This document shows positions 7,692 to 18,468 of a DNA stretch of 64,000 nucleotides, in pieces (position 1 is the first letter of the stretch; the number at the start of each line of letters is the position of its first letter). The notes below the pieces were generated by a model that had not been told where the DNA came from, did not search any database, and saw only the letters and a program-made list of their open reading frames with translations. The stretch is from Candidatus Avelusimicrobium vaccinum (GTDB lineage: Bacteria; Elusimicrobiota; Elusimicrobia; Elusimicrobiales; Elusimicrobiaceae), in contig CADBIY010000005.1 of the NCBI GenBank assembly GCA_902794895.1, forward strand, positions 1 to 64,000, read 5' to 3'. Position numbers and translations under genes: made by a program.

Positions 7692-8456
7692 ATGAATAAA
7701 ATGCCGCGAATTTCACTTTTTATTATTACAAAAAACGAAGAAAAAAAAATTGCACAATGTATTTTAAGTGCACGTCCGCTCGTGAATGAAATTATTGTGG
7801 TGGATAGTTTATCGACGGATCATACGGTGCAGGTGTGTAAAGATTTAGGAGCACTGGTATTTTCCCGTCCTTTTGACAGTTTTACCAAACAAAAAAATTT
7901 TGCACTTTCAAAAGTAACTTGTCCGTGGGCACTTTCCCTTGATGCGGATGAAACACTCACGCCGGAATTAGTAGATGAAATAAAACAAGAATTACAAAAC
8001 CCTACCGCCAACGGCTATGAATTAGGCCGTATTAATGATTTTTTGGGTAAAAGAATGTTGCATGGCGGATTAAAAAAAGAATATATTTTAAGATTGGTCC
8101 GTACTGAAAAATCTACTTTTCAAGGTGGACTCGTTCACGAAAAACTGACCGTTCAGGGTACTGCAAAACGATTAAAAGCACCTTTTGTACATTACTCTTA
8201 TGATGATGTGGAAACATATTTTGAAAAATTCAATAAGTATACCACTTTAGCAGCGCGCACGCTTTTTGAAAAAGGAAAACGCTTCTGCTTATTGCAGGTA
8301 CTTTTAACCATTCCCTTTGAATTTGCCAGACGTTACATTTTAAAACTCGGGTTTCTTGACGGAATTCGCGGCCTAATCTGGGCAAGTTTTTCAGCCTTTT
8401 ATGTATTCGTGAAATATATTAAATTATGGTATCTGTGGCAACAAAAGCGGTTTTAA
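7692..8456 (+). CDS. Family 2 glycosyltransferase (LPS core-type)
   Basis: ISLFIITKNEEKKI...VVDSLSTDHT and LSLDADE (DxD) motifs, with a C-terminal membrane-associated helix. Confidence 0.8.
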   Translation: MNKMPRISLFIITKNEEKKIAQCILSARPLVNEIIVVDSLSTDHTVQVCKDLGALVFSRPFDSFTKQKNFALSKVTCPWALSLDADETLTPELVDEIKQELQNPTANGYELGRINDFLGKRMLHGGLKKEYILRLVRTEKSTFQGGLVHEKLTVQGTAKRLKAPFVHYSYDDVETYFEKFNKYTTLAARTLFEKGKRFCLLQVLLTIPFEFARRYILKLGFLDGIRGLIWASFSAFYVFVKYIKLWYLWQQKRF

Positions 8457-9133
8457 TTTGTCTGGCTGTATACACCGGAATTGTAGGAATAAGAATCTTA
8501 TTCCGTTGTTTACGATCCCGCCGTTTCGGACCTAACAATGGCCTTTTGTGCTACACCAAAATCGGCACGGCCCCCAAAAGATCTTCTTTAAAATACGAGT
8601 GGATGACTGCTAAAAATTGGGAAAGATATATTTTAAAACTTCAAAAACGGGGATATTCTTTTCTAACATTAAAAGATTTTCTGCTACACCCGCAGACCTC
8701 ATCCGTTTGCTTAGTATTTATGGGAGGTTACCGTTCCTTTTATACAGAAATTTTCCCGTTGCTGCAAAAATATCAACTTCCTGCCACCCTACTGTTAGCC
8801 CCCGATTTGATCGGTTCCTATAATGCTTGGCAGAATCCGCATCAGGAACCCTGGCAAGATATAATCACAAAAGAAGAATTAGAAGTTTTAAAAACAAGCC
8901 CCTTACTTTCTTTTGGAGCATTACCGCTTAGCGGAAAAAATATCCTACGCTGTTCGCACGAACAAGCCGTTTACGCGATACAAGAAAGTATTTACCGGCT
9001 GCATACACAATTTGGAATTTCGGCACTGGCTTGGGGTAATTATTCCTCTAATCATGTTCCCGACAACCAACTGACCAAACTACAGGAACAAGGAATCGAT
9101 CTTCCCTATTTGGCAGTCCGCATAAATCGGTAA
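8426..9133 (+). CDS. Membrane-anchored polysaccharide deacetylase-like protein (degenerate NodB motif)
   Basis: N-terminal TM helix. The segment LVFMGGYRSFYTEIFPLLQKYQLPATLLLAPDLIG resembles NodB-domain motif 1, but the catalytic DD is replaced by GG. The assignment is weak. Confidence 0.4.
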   Translation: MVSVATKAVLICLAVYTGIVGIRILFRCLRSRRFGPNNGLLCYTKIGTAPKRSSLKYEWMTAKNWERYILKLQKRGYSFLTLKDFLLHPQTSSVCLVFMGGYRSFYTEIFPLLQKYQLPATLLLAPDLIGSYNAWQNPHQEPWQDIITKEELEVLKTSPLLSFGALPLSGKNILRCSHEQAVYAIQESIYRLHTQFGISALAWGNYSSNHVPDNQLTKLQEQGIDLPYLAVRINR

Positions 9134-9165
9134 TTTACGGTTCCCAACAATACTGCGGAACCCTA

Positions 9166-10272
9166 CTATTGACCGTTCCTGATTTTAGAAAATTTAGGAT
9201 ACAAAGCATCTGTAAATTTATTCATTTCTTGTTCGCCACCTAAAATTTTCAGTTGTACCGATAACACATAAACATCTTGTGTTAAAATTTCGCGCCAATT
9301 ATCCGGAAATTTTACAAAATCTTTAAATGTAGTAATTAAGGGAAGTCCCTGCCGCGTATCTTCAAACGTACGCAAATTTTCTTCCGTATAATAATGATGA
9401 TCCGGGAAACGCCATTTTTGCGTTAATTCTAACCCCAAACCGGCCAGAGTATTTTCAAAAGTTTCCGGATGTCCTAACGCGGATACACATACTGCAGGTC
9501 CTTTAATATTAGTCAAATCGACTTTTTCTGTTTTGCAAATATCAAAATAATATTCCGGCTCATGTTTACTTTCAATAATTTCTACGGAATCATTAAATTC
9601 GCGGATTTGGTCTTTTACTGCTTCCAACTCCCGGAGAGAAACTTGATCACAGTGAGTAAGCACCACTAAATTAGCCCGTTGCAAGGCCGTCATAGGCTCA
9701 CGCAAAATACCATAAGGCAATAATTGTTTATTACCAAAGGGATTTTTAGCATCTATCAAAATAATATTCGCATCGCGGCGCAGGCGATGATGCTGAAATC
9801 CGTCATCCAACAAAACAATTTGGCTTTTGAAACGGCGCAGGGCTTCCGTAGCGGCAGCCGCCCGGTCCGGTGCAATGACAACGGGAACTTTGTATTGGCT
9901 TAAAATCCGGCTCATCATAAAAGGTTCATCCCCCGCAGAACGCCAATCCACATCCGGATTATCAAAAAGCACTACCGGCCCCTGCGTTTTTTGCTGACGT
10001 TTATAGCCACGCGAAACAATCGCCACACGTACCCCGGCCTTAGCCAATGTGGTCGCCGCTAATAAAACGGCCGTTGTTTTACCAGTCCCTCCCGCCGTAA
10101 TATTTCCGATACACACCACACGGGAGTTTACACTTTGGCTTCTTTTCCAACCGTTTTCATAGCAAGCCCGGTCAAACCATGCCCCTAAGCCATACAATTT
10201 GGAGGCCCCTAATAATATACTGCGGCCCAAAAAATTTTTTTCCAAATTTTCTTTTAATTTTAATAAATCCAT
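9166..10272 (-). CDS. lpxK: Tetraacyldisaccharide 4'-kinase
   Basis: P-loop context VVCIGNITAGGTGKTTAV, length 368 aa, and the DDGFQH motif. Confidence 0.85.
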   Translation of the reverse strand: MDLLKLKENLEKNFLGRSILLGASKLYGLGAWFDRACYENGWKRSQSVNSRVVCIGNITAGGTGKTTAVLLAATTLAKAGVRVAIVSRGYKRQQKTQGPVVLFDNPDVDWRSAGDEPFMMSRILSQYKVPVVIAPDRAAAATEALRRFKSQIVLLDDGFQHHRLRRDANIILIDAKNPFGNKQLLPYGILREPMTALQRANLVVLTHCDQVSLRELEAVKDQIREFNDSVEIIESKHEPEYYFDICKTEKVDLTNIKGPAVCVSALGHPETFENTLAGLGLELTQKWRFPDHHYYTEENLRTFEDTRQGLPLITTFKDFVKFPDNWREILTQDVYVLSVQLKILGGEQEMNKFTDALYPKFSKIRNGQ

Positions 10273-10302
10273 AAATTCCTCTTTTAATAAAAACTTGTAA
10301 AT

Positions 10303-10311
10303 ATTTTAGCA
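10303..10311 (-). promoter_or_regulatory. Extended -10 TGCTAAAAT for lpxK
   Basis: Minus strand TGCTAAAAT, followed by a ~30-nt leader containing SD AGAGGA. Confidence 0.4.
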
Positions 10312-10354
10312 TTTCCTTACCAAATTCAAAACAACCGGGTTTTTATCTGAAAAT

Positions 10355-10363
10355 TGCTATAAT
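10355..10363 (+). promoter_or_regulatory. Extended -10 TGCTATAAT, 6 nt upstream of the ATG at 10370 (leaderless candidate)
   Basis: TGCTATAAT-GAATTT-ATG read directly; no SD. Confidence 0.45.
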
Positions 10364-10369
10364 GAATTT

Positions 10370-11314
10370 ATGGCAAATACCCGTTTTAAGAAAACCCCGT
10401 TTCATTATTTGCAATATATCGGGCTGAAACTATTTTGTGCAATAGTGGCCTGTCTTCCGTATCGTCTGGCAGTTCAACTGGGGCGTTATGCCACCGGTTC
10501 GGTACGGTTTTTAATGGTTAACCGTTTTAATCGCATGTGTAGTGATATCCAACGGGCGTTTCCCACCAAAACTTCTCAAGAAGTACATCAAATTGCCGTT
10601 GAATCGTGGCGGAATATGGGCGCTATTTTTGCGGAATTCTTGCAACTTTCACATTTGACACCCGAACAGTTTAAAACACATTGCCATATTGAAGGAATTG
10701 AAAAATTAAAAGCAGGAGAAGGTAAAACCGGCGGAATTATTCACATCGGACACTTTACCAATTGGGAAGCCTTCGGTCTGGCCGCTTCCGTATATGGCTT
10801 TGATAAAGCGGTTCTTGCCCAACGGGTGGACAATCCGTATGTAGACGCAGAAACAAACCGTTTACGCAATATCTTCGGCGGAACTACATTTTACAGTAAC
10901 CACGAAGACAAACCTTTTTTTGCGTGCATGCGCTGGCTGAAAAAGAAAAAATTTTTAGGCATTTTGTTTGATCAAAACACTGTATCCGGCGAAATATGGC
11001 TTCCGTTTATGGGAAGAACTGCGGCTTTTTCCCCAATCACGGCGCTCCTTTCTATTAAAATGCAAGTTCCGGTTTTCCCGGTGCATGTCAAACGCTTACC
11101 CGACGGGCATTTAGTGTGTAAAGTAGAAGATCCGCTCTTACCTCCAACGGAATACAGCGCCGCCAATACCCGTTTGTTTACCAAACAATTGGTAGGTTAT
11201 TATGAACAATGGCTTCGGGAAGATCCTTCCTCTTGGCTATGGGCCCACAACCGCTGGAAACGGGAACAAGAAGGAAACCAATATCTGCAACAACACCCGG
11301 AGGAACGATTATGA
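10370..11314 (+). CDS. Lipid A biosynthesis (Kdo2-lipid IVA) late acyltransferase, LpxL/HtrB family
   Basis: H(x)4E-type acyltransferase motif HIGHFTNWE, ~310 aa, adjacent to lpxK. Confidence 0.75.
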   Translation: MANTRFKKTPFHYLQYIGLKLFCAIVACLPYRLAVQLGRYATGSVRFLMVNRFNRMCSDIQRAFPTKTSQEVHQIAVESWRNMGAIFAEFLQLSHLTPEQFKTHCHIEGIEKLKAGEGKTGGIIHIGHFTNWEAFGLAASVYGFDKAVLAQRVDNPYVDAETNRLRNIFGGTTFYSNHEDKPFFACMRWLKKKKFLGILFDQNTVSGEIWLPFMGRTAAFSPITALLSIKMQVPVFPVHVKRLPDGHLVCKVEDPLLPPTEYSAANTRLFTKQLVGYYEQWLREDPSSWLWAHNRWKREQEGNQYLQQHPEERL

Positions 11315-11868
11315 CCCCCAAAATCAAAGCCGTATTTTTTGACCGAGACGGTACCCTGATTCATGAAAAACCGGGTGTCTATTTGTCCGATCCGGACAAG
11401 GTACGGCCTTACAAAAGTGTACCTATGGCACTGGCCCTATTAAAAAAAGCAGGATTTCGATTTTTTATTGTATCCAACCAATCCGGGATAGGCCGTGGAT
11501 ATTTTACGCAAAAAGAAGTAAATGCCGTACATGCACGCCTTCTCCAGTTGTTACACCCGGCACATTTTGAAGAAATTGTCTTTTGCCCACATGCTCCTCA
11601 CGAAAATTGCAAATGCCGCAAGCCGCAACCTTGGCTAGGGCAACGCCTCATTAAGAAATATCATATTGATACCGCTCATTCTTTTATGATTGGCGATAAA
11701 AAAGCAGATGTAGAATTTGGACATGCCATTGGTTTCCGTTCTATTTTAGTTACCACGGCCAATGGAAAAAATCATTTAAAAAAATATCCGGATTTACAAC
11801 CGGAAAAAGTAGCCACCAATTTACTGAATGCTGCCCGGTTTATCCTGAAACAGGAGCCCCTAAAATGA
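11311..11868 (+). CDS. gmhB: D-glycero-D-manno-heptose 1,7-bisphosphate phosphatase (HAD-IIIA)
   Basis: FFDRDGTLI HAD motif I, Zn-binding CPHAPHENCKCRKP, and GDKKADVE motif. The ATG overlaps the upstream stop (ATGA). Confidence 0.85.
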   Translation: MTPKIKAVFFDRDGTLIHEKPGVYLSDPDKVRPYKSVPMALALLKKAGFRFFIVSNQSGIGRGYFTQKEVNAVHARLLQLLHPAHFEEIVFCPHAPHENCKCRKPQPWLGQRLIKKYHIDTAHSFMIGDKKADVEFGHAIGFRSILVTTANGKNHLKKYPDLQPEKVATNLLNAARFILKQEPLK

Positions 11869-12926
11869 AAAAATTAATGATGATTTTATTGCTTGTTGGG
11901 TGTGGGATTGCTTGTCAATTTAAAAAAACATCTGCGCCCTCACAGCCGATTTCAACCACAGCGTATGCAACGGCCGCTACGCAAAATCCTTCGGTGATGA
12001 CGGATATTCCCTCCGCCACAACGGACGATTCACCCCCCCGTCCGGCACAGCCGACCGTAATTTCCACAGGCCCCATTTCTAAAAAATCCGGCGAAATTAC
12101 TTCCGCCCCGCAAGCCGCCATTGAAACATCCGTTCAATCCCCGCTCACAGACCGCAAACAATTTAAAGAAGAAGAACTGATTTCTTTAGAAGGACGGTTG
12201 TTAAGTCCTCTTTTGCAAAATCCTGCCAGTACTGCCATACAAACCGCTCCCTGGAAAAATGAACAACTAAAATACGGAGTTTATTATTCTTTTGTTAAAG
12301 CGGGAACCGCCTATATCAAAAACCACGGCCTGGCTGATATTAACGGCAGACCAACCTATCTAATTCAAACCTCTGCCTTTTCCGCACCGGTTATTGATAC
12401 AGTATTCCGGGTACGCGATATAAACTATTCGTGGATTGATGCCGAAACGTTTTATTCCAAGGGATATTCGCAGAGTTTACGCGAAGGCAATTATCAGCGG
12501 GATGAATGGGTCATTTTTGACTACGACAGCAATAAATACCGCGGACAAATTAAAAAGAAAGGAGAGCCCCGCAATATACAGGGATCACTTTCCCAACAAG
12601 TATTGGATATTTTATCGGCTTTATATTATGTACGCATCCACCCGTTAGAACCGGGAAAAGATATTGTATTTGATATAATCAACCGGGAGGAACAATATCC
12701 GTTGGTCGTTAAAGTATTAGGAAAAGAAACTGTCAAAACGGCCGCCGGTAAATTTAAATGTATTGTAGTAGAACCACAATTTAGAGGAGAAGGAATTTTT
12801 GTAAGCAAAGGAAAGAGTTTAAAAGTTTGGCTTACAGATGATAAATATAAAATGCCAATTAAAATGAAGACAGAAGTGTTTATTGGCAGTGTGTCTGCAG
12901 AATTATTGGAATATAAGCGTAATTAA
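11865..12926 (+). CDS. Exported DUF3108-like protein
   Basis: Lipoprotein-like N-terminus (LLLVGCG), an S/T/P-rich linker, then a C-terminal beta-rich domain (YGVYYSFVKAGTAYI...) resembling DUF3108. The family call is from memory only. Confidence 0.5.
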   Translation: MKKLMMILLLVGCGIACQFKKTSAPSQPISTTAYATAATQNPSVMTDIPSATTDDSPPRPAQPTVISTGPISKKSGEITSAPQAAIETSVQSPLTDRKQFKEEELISLEGRLLSPLLQNPASTAIQTAPWKNEQLKYGVYYSFVKAGTAYIKNHGLADINGRPTYLIQTSAFSAPVIDTVFRVRDINYSWIDAETFYSKGYSQSLREGNYQRDEWVIFDYDSNKYRGQIKKKGEPRNIQGSLSQQVLDILSALYYVRIHPLEPGKDIVFDIINREEQYPLVVKVLGKETVKTAAGKFKCIVVEPQFRGEGIFVSKGKSLKVWLTDDKYKMPIKMKTEVFIGSVSAELLEYKRN

Positions 12927-12955
12927 AGATATAATAAGACTTTTAGGAGAGAACT

Positions 12956-13945
12956 ATGCAACAACCCACCACAAAACGGTTAAAACAAATTTTGAAAAAT
13001 TTTAAAGGCAAAGAAATCATTGTTGTCGGCGATATTATGTTAGATCATTTTATCAAAGGCAGTGTCAGCCGAATTTCGCCGGAGGCTCCCGTTCCGGTAG
13101 TAGATGTTAAAAAAGAATTTTTTGTAGCCGGCGGAGCCGGCAACGTGGCAGTAAACTTAGCCGCCTTAGGCGCTAAACCGGTTATGATTTCTGTAGTAGG
13201 AACCGATTTGGGCGGTGAAATGTTAAAAGATTTTTTGAGCGAACGCAAGGTAAATATTACAGGAATTGCAAATGATGAAGAACGGCCAACCACTCAAAAA
13301 ATTCGCGTAATGGCAGACCAACAACAAATCGTCCGGTTTGACCGGGAAAGCAAAAAAACAATTTCTCCGGCAATTGCCAAAACGTGTATGAAAAGTTTTC
13401 AGACAGCCGTTAAAACCGCCAAAGGCGTCATCTTATCCGACTACGGCAAAGGGATGCTCAGCGACCAAAACATTCAAACGATTATCAATATTTGCCGCAA
13501 ACATCATATTCCGGTGTGCGTGGATCCTAAAATCGATAATTTCAAAAAATATAAACACATTACCTGTATGACACCGAATACCAAAGAAGCATGGGAGGGT
13601 GCGGGCGAATCGCCAAAATCCGGCGAAGAAGCCATTGAAAAATTAGGACAAAAAATTTTAAAAATGCTGAATGCCGAATCGGTTTTAATTACCCGCAGTG
13701 CCGACGGCATGAGTTTATTTGAAAAAAATCATAAAAAGCCCTATACGGTGCACGCCACCGCCCGGGAAGTGTATGATGTTACCGGGGCAGGAGACACAGT
13801 AATTTCGGTGCTAACGCTTGCTCTTGCCGCAGGGGCGACTTTACAAGAAGCAGCCGTTATTTCCAACTATGCCGCCGGTATTGTAGTAGAAAAATCCGGG
13901 ACGGCCACGGCTACCTGCCAAGAAATTGAAGGAGTACTTCCGTGA
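12956..13945 (+). CDS. D-glycero-beta-D-manno-heptose-7-phosphate kinase (RfaE domain I only, PfkB family)
   Basis: VVGDIMLDHFIKGSVSRISPEAPVPVV and DVTGAGDTVI motifs. No fused adenylyltransferase domain. Confidence 0.85.
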   Translation: MQQPTTKRLKQILKNFKGKEIIVVGDIMLDHFIKGSVSRISPEAPVPVVDVKKEFFVAGGAGNVAVNLAALGAKPVMISVVGTDLGGEMLKDFLSERKVNITGIANDEERPTTQKIRVMADQQQIVRFDRESKKTISPAIAKTCMKSFQTAVKTAKGVILSDYGKGMLSDQNIQTIINICRKHHIPVCVDPKIDNFKKYKHITCMTPNTKEAWEGAGESPKSGEEAIEKLGQKILKMLNAESVLITRSADGMSLFEKNHKKPYTVHATAREVYDVTGAGDTVISVLTLALAAGATLQEAAVISNYAAGIVVEKSGTATATCQEIEGVLP

Positions 13946-14685
13946 GTGATTTTTTAATTGCAGTTCCGGCCCGGTACGGTTCCTCTCGTTTACCCGGGAA
14001 AATTTTAAAAAACTTATGCGGTCATCCGGTCATTGAGCATGTTTATAACGCATGTAAAAAAACGGGACTTGGCGAAGTAATCATCGCCACCGAATCCCCC
14101 GTGGTGGTTGATGCTTGTGCCCGTTTTGGGGCAAACGCCATACTGACCAGCGACCAATGCCAAAGCGGAACCGACCGCATTTATGAGGCGGCACGCAACC
14201 GTTCGGAACAATTTATTATCAATGTTCAAGGGGACGAACCGTTTATTCGACCGGAAACTATTTTAGCCGTTGCCAATTTATTACAAACAAACCCGCAGTG
14301 TGATATTGCCACCGCCGTTACCGCTACTACGGATGATGCCAAAATTGATAATCCCAATTGTGTAAAAGCAGTATTGGCACAGAACGGCCGCGCCTTGTAT
14401 TTTTCGCGGTCCCGCGTGCCTTTTAAGCGGGAAATCACCCCAAGAAATAAGCAAGTTCCTTATTGGCATCATTGCGGGATTTACGGCTACCGAAGGGCTG
14501 CCTTAGAGCGATTTGTCCATTTGCCACCCAGCCCGCTTGAACAACTCGAAAAACTGGAACAACTGCGCGCTTTGGAAGACGGAATGCACATCTTTTGTAC
14601 AGAAATTGCTCCCGGCGGGCCGGCTATTGATACCGCCGAAGATTTAGAACGCGCTGAAACGTATTTTAAACAACACCTTTTGTAA
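13942..14685 (+). CDS. kdsB: 3-deoxy-manno-octulosonate cytidylyltransferase
   Basis: IAVPARYGSSRLPGK N-terminus and NVQGDEPFI motif. 247 aa, with a 4-nt overlap with the upstream gene. Confidence 0.9.
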   Translation: MSDFLIAVPARYGSSRLPGKILKNLCGHPVIEHVYNACKKTGLGEVIIATESPVVVDACARFGANAILTSDQCQSGTDRIYEAARNRSEQFIINVQGDEPFIRPETILAVANLLQTNPQCDIATAVTATTDDAKIDNPNCVKAVLAQNGRALYFSRSRVPFKREITPRNKQVPYWHHCGIYGYRRAALERFVHLPPSPLEQLEKLEQLRALEDGMHIFCTEIAPGGPAIDTAEDLERAETYFKQHLL

Positions 14686-14716
14686 GAAAAATTTTTCTTG
14701 CGGAAATTTTAATTGA

Positions 14717-16324
<1,608 letters not shown>

Positions 16325-16330
16325 ACTTAA

Positions 16331-16358
16331 AAACCCCGGCCATCAACCGGGGTTTTTT
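16331..16358. terminator. Bidirectional terminator between pyrG and pbpC
   Basis: AAAAA-CCCCGG-CCATCAA-CCGGGG-TTTTTT. Confidence 0.7.
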
Positions 16359-18468
16359 AAGGAAGTACCTCAAATGCAGTTTGGACCGTTTGCCCGCCAC
16401 AGGTTCCTGTGAGTGTAAACTTTCCCGGTTCAAGCGGCCAAAAGACCTCGCACGTAGTAGCCGGATAACGTACTCCGTTTAAATGCCAGGTACATTTATT
16501 TTCCGCGCATGACATATTCCATTTCACACGCTGCGAACGGGACGGAACTGCCGGATCCCATTTATAAATATCTCCTTGAGTTGGATTGGTAATAGCGGGG
16601 CGTTCCGTTTTTTGCAGCAGATGTTTTCCGTCGCATACGGAAGGCAGATGCGCAATAGAAAATAATTCCTCTTGCGTATGCTTGCAGGAAGGGCCGGCTA
16701 ATAAACCGCTACGTACACATACCGGTTTTCGAACGGTGGCATCCGGTTCTTCAAATGAAGAGGACGGATATTTTTCTTGCAAATAAATAGCCACATCATG
16801 CAAAATAGGTCCGGCCCCGGTAATGCCGGATACTTTTTGCATGGAACTGGCATCAAAGTTCCCCACCCACACGCCAATTGTCCAACGCGGTGTATAGCCA
16901 AAAGCAAAATTGTCCTTATAATCTTTCGACGTACCCGTTTTAGCAGCCATTTCAAACGGAACTGCCAACGGAGAGTTGAGACCGAACGCAGCCGAACGTG
17001 CCTGATTATCCTTTAAAATATCCGTAATTAAAAAGGCCGACTGTTCCGTTAAAATACGTTTCTCCGGGCCGCCGATTTGTACCCGCGGTTCTTGTGTTAA
17101 TAGCACCGGTTTATACAAACCGCCGCGTGCTAACGATGCATACGCATTGGTCAAATCCAATAATCGGACTTCGCCGTTTCCCAAGGCTAATCCTAATCCG
17201 TAAAAATCAGCCTCCCGTTGCAAACTGGTAAGCCCAGCTTGCCGTAACAGGGCCAGTAAATTACCGGTTCCTACCCTCTCCGCCGCCTTCACAGCCGGAA
17301 TATTATACGAACAGGCTAAAGACCGGCGAACCGATACCAAACCGTGGAACTGTTCATCATAATTGCGGGGCCGGAATCCCCCTTCAAAAAAGGTATCCTC
17401 GTCCATCAGTATAGAACCTGGAGATAAGATTCCCTTTTCAAAAGCAAGACCGTATACAAAAGGTTTTAACGCGGAACCCGGCTGGCGCAGTGCCCGCGCT
17501 CCGTCCACTTGCCCGTTATGCGCCGTATCCTGAAAATCACCGGACCCGACATAAGCCAAAACGGCTCCTGTTTGGTTTTCTATTACAACAACGGCCGCAT
17601 TGGTTACGTTTTGTTCCGCCAAGTTTTTTAACTGATTTTTAACAATTTGTTCGGCCTGTAATTGGACCTCACGATCTATGGTAGAAAACACTTCCCGGGA
17701 GTTTAGCGGCAACTGTAATTGGAGTAATCTAGTAAAATGAGGTGCTTCAAACGGACGAACACGCGCCTGCAAGGTAATTTTTTCTTTTCGGGCGCGAGAC
17801 CAACTTTCCTCATCTAAAAATCCTTCTTCTTTCATTCGCTTTAACACGTATTGCTGACGTTTGATAGCCCGGTTAAAAAAATGGAGCGGATTATATTGTG
17901 TAGGGGATTGAACCAACCCCATCAAAAATGCGGCCTGAGCCGCTGAAAGGTCCCTCGCGTTTACCCCGAAGTAAAACAGAGAAGCAGCCTCCACCCCTTG
18001 TAATAAATTTCCAAATTCTACGATATTGAGGTAAGTTTCTAAAATTTCTTCTTTTGTTTGTTGTTGTTCTAAATTGCGCGCCTGCAAAGCCTCTTTTAGT
18101 TTGCCCCCCCAATTTTTAGGATGCGGATGATGCGCCCGGACAACTTGTTGCGTGATTGTAGAGGCCCCCGACACGATTCGCTGTGTGGAGGCATTTTGCC
18201 AGGCCGCACGAAAGATGGCTTTGAGATCAATTCCTTCGTGAGAAAAGAAACGTTTATCCTCTGCAGATACTGCCGCCGCTAACAGCCAAGGGGACATTTG
18301 CGCTAAAGGCAGCGGACGGGCATATGTTTGATTGGAAGATAGAAATCCCCGCACCGGCGCTCCATTCCGATCATAAATTTGTAAGGAAGGCTGCAACGTC
18401 CATTCTTCCCCGTTTGCAAGCAAACAGGGAAGAATGAACAAACCGATGAAGGCAATTTTCAATCTCAT
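16357..18468 (-). CDS. pbpC: Penicillin-binding protein 1C (bifunctional GT51 transglycosylase / transpeptidase)
   Basis: GT51 motifs EDKRFFSHEGID and ITQQV. Transpeptidase motifs SALKPF, SYN and KTGTS. A C-terminal PBP1C-type domain is present. The start overlaps the A2M stop (ATGA). Confidence 0.85.
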   Translation of the reverse strand: MRLKIAFIGLFILPCLLANGEEWTLQPSLQIYDRNGAPVRGFLSSNQTYARPLPLAQMSPWLLAAAVSAEDKRFFSHEGIDLKAIFRAAWQNASTQRIVSGASTITQQVVRAHHPHPKNWGGKLKEALQARNLEQQQTKEEILETYLNIVEFGNLLQGVEAASLFYFGVNARDLSAAQAAFLMGLVQSPTQYNPLHFFNRAIKRQQYVLKRMKEEGFLDEESWSRARKEKITLQARVRPFEAPHFTRLLQLQLPLNSREVFSTIDREVQLQAEQIVKNQLKNLAEQNVTNAAVVVIENQTGAVLAYVGSGDFQDTAHNGQVDGARALRQPGSALKPFVYGLAFEKGILSPGSILMDEDTFFEGGFRPRNYDEQFHGLVSVRRSLACSYNIPAVKAAERVGTGNLLALLRQAGLTSLQREADFYGLGLALGNGEVRLLDLTNAYASLARGGLYKPVLLTQEPRVQIGGPEKRILTEQSAFLITDILKDNQARSAAFGLNSPLAVPFEMAAKTGTSKDYKDNFAFGYTPRWTIGVWVGNFDASSMQKVSGITGAGPILHDVAIYLQEKYPSSSFEEPDATVRKPVCVRSGLLAGPSCKHTQEELFSIAHLPSVCDGKHLLQKTERPAITNPTQGDIYKWDPAVPSRSQRVKWNMSCAENKCTWHLNGVRYPATTCEVFWPLEPGKFTLTGTCGGQTVQTAFEVLP

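Noticed and set aside
9134-9165. GGTTCCCAACAATAC in the hairpin between the deacetylase-like gene and lpxK; resembles the TTYTCACAATAC end motif of the repeat element
   Set aside because: The resemblance is short and partial, and here it lies in a hairpin loop rather than after a hairpin. It is probably an ordinary bidirectional terminator.
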